Source of the DNA: Paraspadella gotoi
Taxonomy: Eukaryota; Animalia; Chaetognatha
DNA length: 64,000 bases
NCBI GenBank assembly: GCA_051294375.1
Contig: CM119264.1
Span: forward strand, 25,360,051-25,424,050
Direction of reading: 5' to 3'
Shown here: positions 16,419 through 28,900 of the stretch, in pieces
Layout: every line of letters starts with the position of its first letter
Numbering within the stretch: position 1 is the first letter of the stretch
Translations under genes and position numbers: made by a program
Notes under the pieces: model-generated
The model's input: the letters and a program-made list of their open reading frames with translations, nothing else
Databases searched by the model: none
What the model was told of the DNA's origin: nothing

Positions 16419-17350
16419 GCGGTGTCCGCGTACAAACGTTGCATTTAGGAAAAAAACGACTCTTTCCACGTATTGTTCAGGATTGTTACTGTTACAATAT
16501 GATGTTAACGTTTCCTACCACAACACAAATTAGGGTTCCGAACGGAATGGATTGTGTTAAAACATCTCACAGGCGTTGTCTAATGTATAAATTAGGACCA
16601 TTTTGGCGCACTGTTTAGCCAAAATAAAGGTTGTGTCCATGTTTTGTCGCATGTTGTTAGCTGATTAGCGACTTTTGATTGAATGCCAGCGAGGAAAGTT
16701 GAGAAAAAATTTTGTACTTTGGAGAATGCCGTTTCTTGCTTCTTAGATCTTCTTTTACCTCTGGGGTAATTTAGTTAGTCTTAGAATCATTTAATAGTTT
16801 TGCCTAGTTGAAGGATTTAATTTTCAAAGTTAACAAGGTGCATGAAAAGTGGTGCGAGTGTTCAGTCTTTTATCATAAGTTTGTTTAAATCAAAAATAAG
16901 TCAATGATTGGTTGAAAGTAACAGAAAATATAGCCTAATTGAATAGCTTTTAACACCTATATATAATTATTAAAAAAACTTTTCTGGTGTTAGCCACAAA
17001 GTTAATTTTTAACAGGACGTCTTTTAAGGTTTGTGACTTTTTGTGTATTGCATTTATTTTCTTGGATAAAGTATGGAAATAGTTTCCAACTTCTATGTTT
17101 ATTAGTTCTAAAAGAATGAGGACGTACATATATAGACCATGTGTATTAATAAAAAAAAAACTCGCATTCTGGTTTAAGGTGTCCAACGTGCGGAAGAGGC
17201 ATCAGGACTTGTTGTTGTTTCTCAAAGTATGGAGGCAGATTTTGGCGGAAATTGCATTTGGAGGAGAGTCTGTGCGATTTACTAAATTTGCTGGAGGCAG
17301 CCAAAAAGTGCAAAGGATATTGAGTCAGTGTGCTTTAAGCCGTTGTGAGT
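16419..17350 (+). CDS. Possible Cys/His zinc-finger (RING/PHD-like) gene fragments in noisy sequence
   Basis: Exon-like blocks after AG acceptors translate to ..DCVKTSHRRCLMY.. (Cx4Hx2C, about 16550) and CPTCGRGIRTCCCF..LHLEESLCDLLNLLEAAKKCKG (about 17179-17320). Frames cannot be joined reliably. Confidence 0.2.
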
Positions 17351-18439
17351 TTTGTGTATAAATGCATTGAATATAAATAGTTTCTTTGATTGTGGCTCAA
17401 ATGTATAAGCGTAAAGTGAGAGAAAAGTAGGAAAGGAAAACAAGAAAAGGAGAAGGGGAAGAGAATATGAAAGAGAGGGTTTGAAGAGGCAAAAAAAAGA
17501 AGGCAAGATGGGAGGAAAAATAGTGAAACAAGTTGTAGGGGTAACCGGAAAAGAGGGGAAAAATGGAAGAAAAAAAGGGGAAAGAAGGGAATGATGCAAA
17601 ATAAGAGAAAAATAGGTTGAGGAAAGTGCTGTGAGTGAGCGAAAATAGGTAGGAGCGCAAAAACGGTAAGTGGACAGCTGAGAAGTTAAGGGGAGGAAAC
17701 GAGGGAGAGGAGCAATTATAAAGTAAGATAAGAGAAAAGGCAGAAGAAGAAATTATCAGAGGTGAAAAAGCGGTATCAAAGAAAAAGAATTTATCAGATA
17801 ATGGTGGGCCCGTCTTAACCTATAAATTCTTGTTTGTGGTAAGTAAACAGACATTGAAGATTCTTATAAGGAATGTGCGGTCTTTTAAAATCATGCTGTT
17901 ACGCATATAAAAATCCAGTAACTCTGAGCATATCTTTTTTCTAAAAATTAAGCAGTTAATGGAGATTAGATTGAACAAGCTTGAAGATAATCATGTCTTA
18001 GCGCGGTGTTTTTGTAGACTCATAGATTATCTGGGGAAGTTCTATTAGTTTGATAAGAAGGGGAGATAACTTGAGACTGAGCGTTTTTTTTAAATGAAGA
18101 AATTCGCTTCGTGTACTAACGCGAATGAGATCGGAGAGGAAATATGGTAAATTTTATGTGCAAGTCAGATTTCGGTTGTCTAAAAGACACTGATTGTATG
18201 CGAAACGCTCAGCAGAAATTCATTAGGCATAAAAAAAAAAAAAGAATGGCGAATTCCAAGTATTCATCTTCGTTAGATTTGTTCGCGGGAGATAAAGATT
18301 GCGTGGTCTCCCGACTTTTGGCATTCAATAACGCCGATGTGGAAAGAAATGAAATAAAGTGAAAAATAAAAAACGATGAGTGGATTATTCGTCCGGGTAA
18401 TTGCCTAATAGGAATTTCTGTTTCTTGGTTCCCATTTTC

Positions 18440-21400
18440 CTCGACAAAAAGCCGGGCAAGTGAAGGAGTGGAAGACGACGTGGTTGTCGGGCAGATGGAA
18501 GACGACGTTTGTCGGGCAAGATGGAAATCGACGGATCGAACTTGAAGATGGCAGATCACGGAATGACGAAACGGACGTAAATGTGAAATAACTTTAAACA
18601 TGTCAATGACCAAGCGTAGGAAAAGAAACCATAAAAACCAAAACAATAAAAAAAATATAAGTTATAAACTGTAAAATCCAAATACGCTCGGAGATTTCGG
18701 GCCGGAACCGTCCAACAAGAGGCGATTACAAAAAGTATAATGTAAATCGTTTTTAACATTATGGCGATTTATGAGGACGAGGCAACTAAAAAAAAAAAAC
18801 AATAACAAAGATGGAATGTTGATAGAAAAAATAGAGACAAAAGAAGAATGAGGATGGCTTGATGCAAACAGAGCAAAGATTTTGTTTTTTTATGACGAAC
18901 AAATAAAATTATGGCTGTAATGAAAGTGCACGGAACATGTTAGAGAATGATGGCAAACGCGACGTAAGATACGCCATTCCGAATAGGGCAGACGGGCGCT
19001 AGTGATGATAGAAAAATGGCCAAAAAAAAAGTGAGCGGAAAAGAAAGAAGTGCGAGAAAAGACGTGGATTCGCAACCGCCGGCAGAAACTGTCGTATCTG
19101 CTTTGATTCAATTCGTTATGCGCGCCATCGACGTGGGCGTTCAACCACCAACGCAAGTGCGGAGAAAAACCACAGCGTCTAAAGGTTACTATTATTCTTG
19201 TGGACTTATTATTCGTGGTGACTTTATCAACATTGTGACAAAGAAAGGCCGTATGGGGCAACGGTAACACGGAGTCGGTAAAGCTTTATGCTTATGCACC
19301 CTCACTATGCAATGCATCATTCATGCATGCAATGGCAATCATCATGCATATCCATCATCATCATCATCATCATCTTTCCCCGTCACCTGTCTCCGTTCGA
19401 AACAGATTGACGACGAGGCTTCCCGTAACGCAACGCCCCCAGCCAGCGAGCGCAATTGCTGAACGACTTCCGGCGACATCTGCTTCGGAGTCGAGGCGTC
19501 GATAAATGTTGGTGTCAAGTCGGTAGCGGAAGTAGGGTGGGCGCACCGACGGCCGTCGCGGTCGGAGGAGGTTAGGAGAACATCTTGGAAAAGATTGGAT
19601 TTATAAAGTAATGTTTTGAGAGAGAAAATTTAATTTATTTAATTCATAGTATTTAGGATACATATTGTATTACTTATTTTATGGCTGATAAATTCTTTTT
19701 ATTATTTTATTACCTAATTTAATTTAGTTTATTTTATTTATTATCTTTATTTGTTATAATATTTTTCTTATTCTATTTTTTATAGTTCTTTTTCTATTTT
19801 AGTAATCGATTAGTGTCATTATCAAAACAGAAAAAATATTGTTTTGATTTATAGACGAGGTAGAATGCTGTTAGTAGGCCGCAATAGCAGCAGTTCAAGT
19901 GGTTAAGCCTTTGAAAGTGATTTAACATGTATTGGCGGCAGCCACTGGTTTTATCGATTTATTTAGCTTTTTGCGTGAACTCCGGAATGTTGAATTTCGT
20001 CGACGGTGTCTTTAAAAACGACGAACATCGTCCAGAGGTCTTTGAAGGCGATGTTGAGACTGGGAAAGACGCTAGCGTCTCCTCGACCGACGTCATCCGA
20101 TGACACCGCATCGTCGTCCTCTTCGTAAAGTCGTCGGCTGTTGTCATTGCGGTGCGCGACGGCGGCGTAACCAAAATCGGCTTTCTTCGCGTCTTTGGCC
20201 AACAGTTGGCTCTGAACGGAACGAATGATCCGAGGTGATAAAGGGATAGGTTAAGATCGAGTTAGGATAAGGGACTGCTCTCTCTCTCGTCTCTCTCTCT
20301 CCCTCTCCCCTGGTCTGTCTCTCTCTCTCTCTGCTCTCTCGTCTCTCGCTCTCGTGGTCTCTCTCTCTCTCTCGTCTCTCTCTCCCCCTGCAAACCGAAC
20401 TACAAGCATTCTTCCAAACGCTAATAAAATTATAGCTTTTTCGCCCTATCTATTGCCCACAATCGGCCCAAAAACATCCACTTCCAACCTCCGCCCAGCA
20501 ACTCATCACCAAACGCCCACTAATCCTTCCACAACCGGCCACGCGTCATCCATTACTGACTTTCTTCAAATATTTTTCCGCGTCGATGTTCACGACTGCG
20601 AGTCGAGAGTTCGGATCGTAATTTATTTTCATAGAAAATAAATTCCTCGCATTTTCCCGTTTCTTTTCTCCCGCTTTCACGATTTTTTCTTTTTTGTTTC
20701 CTACTTCTTTCTTTGTGTTTTGTTGTTCTTGTTTTTCTCTTGTTTCTTGCTTCTGTTTTCTTCTTGCTTGTTTACTTGATTTCATGTCGGTTCTATCACT
20801 AGCCTGCCTCATAGGTTTGGCTAACAGCTGCTTCATCCGCTACTTGTCATGCCCGCTGTCTTCTTTACTCTCCAGAGCAAAGGTCATCATCAATCCTGTT
20901 CTCTCGGAATTACAACATCATCTTCATCGCCCAGTTTTAATGTCTCCAGCATTCAGGTGCCATCCAACTCCATTGATTATCTTCTCGTCCGAAGTTTATG
21001 TTTTAAATTTGTCATTTCACTTTTCTGTTTCGCGTAATTCTTCGCGCGTAACTTCGTCGATCGCGCTGAGATTGCTGCTCGGCCTCCACCTCCGGCATCG
21101 CCTCCCTGCGCCTAGGCCACTCCTCATTTTCTGCTCCCCCTTCCCTCTCTGCGGCGTCCTTTTTCACAGTCGCGCGCGCTCGGCGGAGATTTTTGCCAAA
21201 TTCCGCTTTGAAAGGTTCATCGAAATCGGAATATTGCGGCCTCACTCCTGAAGAGAAATTATCTGGGCCCGGGTTGTGCGTCGAGAGAGGAACGGGGAGG
21301 AAGGAAAGAAAAAAAGATATGGTAGAAATAGTAGAGATAGGATTTGAATGAGAGTGAAAGGGAAAATGAGGGGGAGATATATGATGGTGGAATCTGGGTG

Positions 21401-24400
21401 AAAGAATAGAAAGAAGGTAAAAGCTGAAATGGAGTTAAATGTCTGATATGTCGATGGATTGAGAAAATCTATGTGCCGAAGTATGTTTAAAAAAAAATAT
21501 GAGCCTGTTCATAGCAGATATGAAACATGTCTCTGAAATCAATTATATTCATTCTGTTGTCTTTTTTTCTTTTTTTCTGTTTTTCATTGTAGAGGGTAAA
21601 TCGGGGCAGGTGAGCTTTTGTGGAGTGAATAATATTACGAGACTGTGAGAGAGTCCTTAGCAGGGACCGTGGCGTATTGTCATGTAAGCTTGTATAATAA
21701 TGATGGGAGCTAGCTTAACTCAGCGCAAGACTGTCCAAAAGGTGCTAGGGGGCGAGATAGCTTATTTATTAAATGAAATGGATAATTTGTTATATTGGTG
21801 TATCCAATTTCACATATAGTTTTAAAAGTTAAAAAAAAGAGAGAAAATGTGTTTAAATCCGGATATTCTTAAAAATTAATAATAACGAAATAAAAGCGCG
21901 TGTGAATCTGATTGTTTTTTTTTTCTTGTGGGAGAAAATAAAGAGCAAAGAATCGAAAATTCGAGGTGAATTGCGGTTTAATTCGGTCTTCGTCAAAGGC
22001 ATCCGATTAATTATTTAAAGAATATAGAAATTCTTACTTACCAACGAAAATTTAATGAGAGAGAATAAAGGTCTCTCGAAATTGAATGGGAAAAATGAAG
22101 AAAGAATTTGGAGTCCCCCCTTCGGCAAACAATCACGCAATATTAAATGATAAAGGCTTTTAGAAATAGCGATTAGTAAGTTTATTCGCCTTTAATCAAC
22201 ATGTTGAAGATGTTGTTTTTTTAAGGAACATATACAAAACACAGGTATCTGTTCGTACGCAATTTCATAAGAATCAAGTAAAGGAGGCATATTAGCTTTC
22301 CCAACGTCGCCTCTTCTCAGAGGGTATTGAGTGTTCTCGACTTATTAAGGTTTTTATTCATTAATTAACACATCGCTTCCATTTTAATATTTCTCCTACA
22401 GAATGTCTCGGATGATCGAGCTTTAACCTTTTGTTTCTCCCTTGGTAATCGGGCCCTGCAGTAGAGACGCTATTCGTCCACGGATCGCGTCTTCTGGTCT
22501 CGTCAGGCGAATTCATTCGTCAACTTCGATCCTCAAAATGCTCTTCTTGTCTTCTTCTTCCGCCTGCATTTTCTGCTCCACATTTTTGCGCGTTTCCGCT
22601 TCAAATCCCACGATGGAGCAAAAATCTAGGAGCGTATTCATTTTTTAACACAACATGGTCACAATGGTTTTTTTGGGTTAAATTGTGAGGTGCGAATTCC
22701 ATTGCAGATTATAAATTAAAATAATTTTAAGAAAAAAGATTTCAATATATTAAATCAGAAAATTTGAAAAGAAAAATGAAAAAATGAAAATCTATTAGTG
22801 TTCGAATTAATGTTCGGTTCCAAATCAATATGTCAATTTTCTCTCGTCTCTCTCTCTCTTCGATCTTATCCTATCGTCTCGTCGTCTCTCTCTCGTCTCT
22901 CTCTTCTCTCTCGTCTCTCGTCTCGTCTACTCTCATCTCTCGCTCTCTCGTTCTCTTGTCTCTCGATCGGTTCGCCCTCAGCCTTCTCGTTATCTGCGCG
23001 TGGTCGGCGAATAATCGCTCTGGCCGCTGCCGTACGACGGATCTCGACGCGGATCCGCGCCGTTGCGTAGCAAGCAGAGCGCAAAACCGCGTCAGGATTG
23101 ACGGCCGCGAAACGCAGCAACGAAAAAGGGGGTGTCGATCGTAGGCACTCTGGTAAAATACTATAAAGGGCGAGTTGTTTATAGTTATTGATTTGAGCTA
23201 ATTATCTAAAATTTACTTTATTCTTAATTTTAATTTGATTCATTCATTTATGCTTTTGTCAGTCTCGATTTTACTAATACTTGTTTGTTTGTTTTATCGC
23301 GCTTCAACATATCTATTACTCTTCTCTTTCCTTACTTACCTTCCAATCAATCGTTTTTTTTTCCGCTTCATACTTCCTGCTTTCTTTCTCCCCCTCCTAT
23401 TGTCTTTTCCTCCACTCGGCGAGAAATGATCTCATGGAAAATTTGCTTTTTGTTTTTTTTCGTACAGCGATTGTATTCGCTTTGTTGAAAGGAACTGGCT
23501 TATTGATCGCGTCTTCGGCGGCCAAGCGGCGCCGGTAGCGCCGGTGGCGGCCGCTTTCCATCCGAATCGCCGCCACCCTCTCTTGCCGCCTGCGCTTCCG
23601 CCCCCCACCGGAGAATAATGTGGGTGAATAATGTTTTCAAAAAGGCTTTTAATGGCCTTCGCCACGATTTCGGATTTTCACGCCGAGAGAGGATGGTTTG
23701 AGTGAGAAGGCGTGGGAAAATGGCAAAAAAGTATGTTAAGAATTAAGAAACAAAACGGATTATGGCGGCGGAGGGATGTCAGATGGGCGGAGAACGTAAC
23801 AGATAGATGGCAAAAAAGAAAGAATTAATTAGCAGAGAATGAACGAGTAAACTTTAATGGTGTTGATGGCGCAAGTAATAGTATTGAGGTTGAAGGAAAT
23901 GTACTGGAAGTGTAGGTTACATGATATATTGTACTTTTGTGAAAACGTTTAAGGAATGAATATGTATGAAAAAAAAATAATATTAAATTGCGAATTAAAA
24001 AAATAACAGTAAAGAAAACCCCTAAGCAAAGTGTTTGTGAAACTGGAAAATTGTTTAATAATTGTTACAAAATAAGAATAAGGAAGAATGGAAAAGAGAA
24101 AGGAGTGGCAGAAGAAGCGCGAGAAAAGGGAGAATAAATCAGGAGCAAGAGATGTAGATGGGCGGAAAAATACGGAAAATGGCGAAGAGATGAGAAAAGT
24201 ATGTATTGAAGGCGAGAATGGAGGAGAGAGTGGTCGAGAGTGACGAACGATGGGGAACACTGTAATTGGCGATGGAATAAAAGGGGAACATACGGACAAC
24301 TGACGAACGACGACGGACCGACGACGACGACGACTGACGACGAACTTTTTTGTCTTCAGCTGGAATTGACGGGTCGCCCGCTTTTGCGGAGGAAGCAACT

Positions 24401-24650
24401 GCAAATCGCCGGCCAAGGCATATCCGGCCCGCTGCGGAGCTTATCCTGAGAGACAGGCGTGTTCGTTAGCATCTTGCGCGTTTCCAACAAGCGTTGCCGC
24501 CTCTGCGTTTTCGACTGCTGTTCGCGCCAACGGCGAGCCAGCCGGTCGTTGCAGCGGGAAAGAGATTGACGGCGGCGTCGACGGGGATGACGATGACAGC
24601 GACGAGTCAGATTCCGCATTCCTCCTCCGGTGCACGGGTTGTGTCGTCTA
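18440..24650 (-). pseudogene. IQANK1: Second, frameshifted copy of the IQANK1-like gene; probably an uncorrected long-read duplicate, but it supplies the 3' exons
   Basis: Same exon order as 26000-34919 with many indels. Holds the conserved C-terminal exons hidden by the 26256-26985 gap: ..FPSLNIAFKDL..VFKDTVDEIQHSG (about 20070-19983) and ..FIDASTPKQMSPEVVQ..GALRYGKP.. (about 19505-19415). These correspond to IQANK1 'PGLKCQVTELHDVLMKDVG' and 'LLGALRYGKPLV' as I recall them. Confidence 0.7.
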
Positions 24651-25999
24651 TATAATAAATGACAGAGAGAGAGAGAGAGAATGAAGAGAGAGGAGAGTAG
24701 AGAGTAGAGTGAGAGGAGAGAGAGAGGAGAGATGAGAGAGAGAGAGATGATTATAGTTAGCGCATAAGTTAACCATTTTGTAGCATTTGTTTAGCGTAAC
24801 ATATGTAATTATCTTTTTAGATTTAATTTTTCCGATGTCCTAAATAAGACGTTTTTAATTGTTTCGGTGGATAAAAAGTCTAATCTTGTCACATTCTTGA
24901 TGCAATGATTGCCTTTTTAAACAGAACGACGTTTCTTTTGCTTTTTCTATCTTAATTGTTCGGCCGACGCGACGAAGAAACCGTAAATGATATAATCATA
25001 AGTATGCGAGATTCCAGTCTGGCGCGGGTTTCGACGATCGGTGAATTCTTTTACTTCCATGCCAATCAACTTCAATCGACTCCCACTTGCTTCAGTTCTC
25101 ATATCTGTAATTCGCATAAATCAGATAGTTTTCATTTCTTATCAAATATCAATATCAATAGTCGATATCGGGGTCATTGTATAAGGTGTTCGGGATCAGC
25201 AGCGATGACCGCTAGGTAACGAGTTGCAAGAATCCTTCGAACCCGGATACCTATGCGGCTGGGCGGGAAGCGTCAACGGACGGCCGGGTAAACCTGCATT
25301 GGGGCCTGGAAATAGCGCCAAGCTGGGTTCCTAAGCCCAGGACCAGTTTCCAGTGGCTGCTGAGAGGAGTGGCATAGAAATTAGGATATGTAGCTGGCTC
25401 CGCCCACATAGGCGGCCTTGCTCCACAATGTCCTTATTTATGTCATCAGACGCCTGGTTAGGATTTCAAAATAAGCAGAGGTTGTAATTTACATGTAAGT
25501 TATAATTTAGAAGACAAAAAATATGTTAGAAAATTCTAGGTTGTGGATGTGTTTGCGCGTGTGGTGATAAGTTGGTTAACAAATTGTTATTACAGGTGAC
25601 TTGCCGTTTTTGTACCCTTAACTTCCATCCTTAATAATACTAATGTCAAATCGTATTTGTATTAAGTACGGATGGCGTGAAAGGGTTTTGTTTACCTTAG
25701 TCCCATTGTGTGTTAAGTGACCTCCCTTGGAGATTAGGTGAAAATCTTTCTGGTCCAAAGTGGGTTTCACATTGCTGTTCCGGTCAAGNNNNNNNNNNNN
25801 NNNNNNNNNNNNNTCACAAACATTCATTAGGCAAATAAAAAAAAAAAAAGAATGCGAATTCAAGGTATTCATCTTCGTTTGATTTATTCCGGAGATAAAA
25901 TTCGTCTCCGATTTGCATTCAAACGCGATTTGAGAAGAAATAAAATAAAAAAAATAAAAAACGAATGATTATTCTCGTAATTCTATAAATTTCTTTTCT

Positions 26000-28900
26000 T
26001 TTCCATTTTCCTCGACAAAAAGCGGAAGTGAAGGAGGAAGACGACGTTTGTCGGGCAGATGGAAGACGACGTTTGTCGGGCAGATGGAAATCGACGGATC
26101 GAACTTGAAATGGCAGCTCACGAATGACAAACGAACGTAAAGTGAAATAAACTTTATAACATGCAATGACCAAGCGTAGGAAGAAACCATAAAAACCAAA
26201 ACAATAAAAAAAATATAATTAAAACGTAAAATCCAAATACCTCGGAGATTCGGCGNNNNNNNNNNNNNNNNNNNNNNNNNNNNNNNNNNNNNNNNNNNNN
26301 NNNNNNNNNNNNNNNNNNNNNNNNNNNNNNNNNNNNNNNNNNNNNNNNNNNNNNNNNNNNNNNNNNNNNNNNNNNNNNNNNNNNNNNNNNNNNNNNNNNN
26401 NNNNNNNNNNNNNNNNNNNNNNNNNNNNNNNNNNNNNNNNNNNNNNNNNNNNNNNNNNNNNNNNNNNNNNNNNNNNNNNNNNNNNNNNNNNNNNNNNNNN
26501 NNNNNNNNNNNNNNNNNNNNNNNNNNNNNNNNNNNNNNNNNNNNNNNNNNNNNNNNNNNNNNNNNNNNNNNNNNNNNNNNNNNNNNNNNNNNNNNNNNNN
26601 NNNNNNNNNNNNNNNNNNNNNNNNNNNNNNNNNNNNNNNNNNNNNNNNNNNNNNNNNNNNNNNNNNNNNNNNNNNNNNNNNNNNNNNNNNNNNNNNNNNN
26701 NNNNNNNNNNNNNNNNNNNNNNNNNNNNNNNNNNNNNNNNNNNNNNNNNNNNNNNNNNNNNNNNNNNNNNNNNNNNNNNNNNNNNNNNNNNNNNNNNNNN
26801 NNNNNNNNNNNNNNNNNNNNNNNNNNNNNNNNNNNNNNNNNNNNNNNNNNNNNNNNNNNNNNNNNNNNNNNNNNNNNNNNNNNNNNNNNNNNNNNNNNNN
26901 NNNNNNNNNNNNNNNNNNNNNNNNNNNNNNNNNNNNNNNNNNNNNNNNNNNNNNNNNNNNNNNNNNNNNNNNNNNNNNNNNNNNNCCGACGCCATCCGAT
27001 GACCCGCATCGTCGTCCTCTTCGTAGTCGTCGTCGTTGTCTTCGGCGCCGGCGGCGACCAAATCGGCTTCCTCGGCGTCTTTGGCCAACAGTTTGGCTCG
27101 AACTGGAACGAATGATCGGNNNNNNNNNNNNNNNNNNNNNNNNNGATGGGCGCCTTGCTCGACGGTCGGGTTGGTGGATGGGTTGTGGGGCGGAGGTGGA
27201 TGGGTTGACGGTGGCGGAGGTGGATGGGTTTGTGGGCGGAGGTGGATGTGGATTTTTGGCGATTGTGGTAAATAGTTACCATATATTCGAGACGAAAAAC
27301 AGTTCTTTTTCATTTATATAGGTTATTCATGTGGTCAGAAGGAATACTGTTATCAGCACGAGTGGTCTTGTCAGGGCAGAGTTGATATTGAAAATAGGAT
27401 AGATGCTATAGGCCCCAAGTTTTCAGAACTACCCACTCAAAAAGCTGACTATCTAATCGCAAAATAGAATTTAAAAATTTTACAGTGATCCTGTTATTAA
27501 CATTCCATTAAAAACACAATTAATTCGTCACAATAATCCTACGATGCTAAAATTGGTGTTTTTTACTGGCTGAAAGAGGAGAGAGAGAGAGGTGGGAAGA
27601 AGACGAGAGAAGAGGAGACAGAGGGAGAAAGACGGACGGAGAGGAGAATGGAGAGGAAGAGAGCGGAACGAACAGACAGATGAGGGAGAGAAGAGTCGAG
27701 AGGAGTTACGGACCCATTATCTCTAACTCGATCTTAACGCTCTTTTTTTGCTAATTTAAATCATAATTTTTTCACCCGATGTTTCTGCCGAACTACTAAA
27801 TTATATCGTTACTTAATCTCTAACCCTGAACGTCATTTTCTTTTAACCGTTTTCGAGCCAAACTGTTGCCAATAGAAGCTTAGGCCCTGAACTTTATTTT
27901 TAACTCTAATTCACTTGCTTTTTTCATAACTTATACAGTACTTTTTAATTTATTCAAATCTTAATTTTAATGTTAAATATTATAACAAAGACAATAACAA
28001 TATTTAAAACTTATGAATATCTAAATTTTTCTTTTTCCGTTAGGAACTCAAAATTGTCCTTACGCCGATTTTGTCGCCCTCTAATTCTGTTTTTGTTTTT
28101 TTTTTGAACCTGAATTCACTGTCACAAAGAAAAAGTTGCGTTTTTGATAGATTCCCCGATAACAAACAGACCTCTGGAGCGAGTAATCTAAACTCCAGGG
28201 AATAACGCCCGAACGAAAACTCTAGGCCGTTATACGAAGAGGACGAACGGATGCGGGGTCATCGGACTGGCTGTGTACGGTACAGATAGAGGAGGGACTG
28301 CTAGGCAGACTCTCAATCCCGTCGTTCAAAAACCAAATTAACATAATCGCACCTTCAATGACTAATAACATGTCGTTACGAGACGATGTCGTCGTTGAAA
28401 AAAATAGACGTCGCAATCCGTTATATAAATTTCCGGGAGTTCCAAGAAAAAGTAATAATCGATAAAACCAGTGGCCTGCGCACAGATAACTGAATCACTT
28501 TACCAAAGGCTTAAAGTGAACTGTTACTACAGATCTAGCGAAATTGTTCACGAAAACTCGAAGATCGACGATGTCCTTCGACAGAGCGCACAGGTTCATT
28601 TTTAAGGATTCGGCAATGTCTAAATACAGCATTATATACATGGTGCATATTTTTATATTATATCAAAAAGGTTTTATAATTCGCAACCCTAACAAAAACC
28701 ATGTAGTCAAGATTGATTATTTTGTGGTTTTGTATTTTTTGAGATTTTACTATAAATGAAGATCTTAATAAAATTTTTTGAATTAAGTTATTCAATTTTT
28801 TCCCAAAAATAGAACTAGGAGACGCAGATACCATTTAGACAATCTATCAAAGTCAAAGAAACTAATAATTGAATTCACAATAGATAAGAATTAACAAGAA

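Noticed and set aside
25190-25420. tRNA, SINE or ribozyme candidate (GGTTCGAA B-box-like on the minus strand; gap in the other copy)
   Set aside because: No cloverleaf or A-box can be built and the sequence is too noisy. Possibly a repeat, but unsupported.
18200-25788. A true IQANK1 paralogue or pseudogene
   Set aside because: Errors are indel-dominated and uniform across exons and introns, and the copy ends at a 25-N gap. A raw-read duplicate is more parsimonious.
25969-27313. 437-aa and 364-aa ORFs
   Set aside because: They run through a 730-N gap. Only the 27102-26986 part is a real exon.
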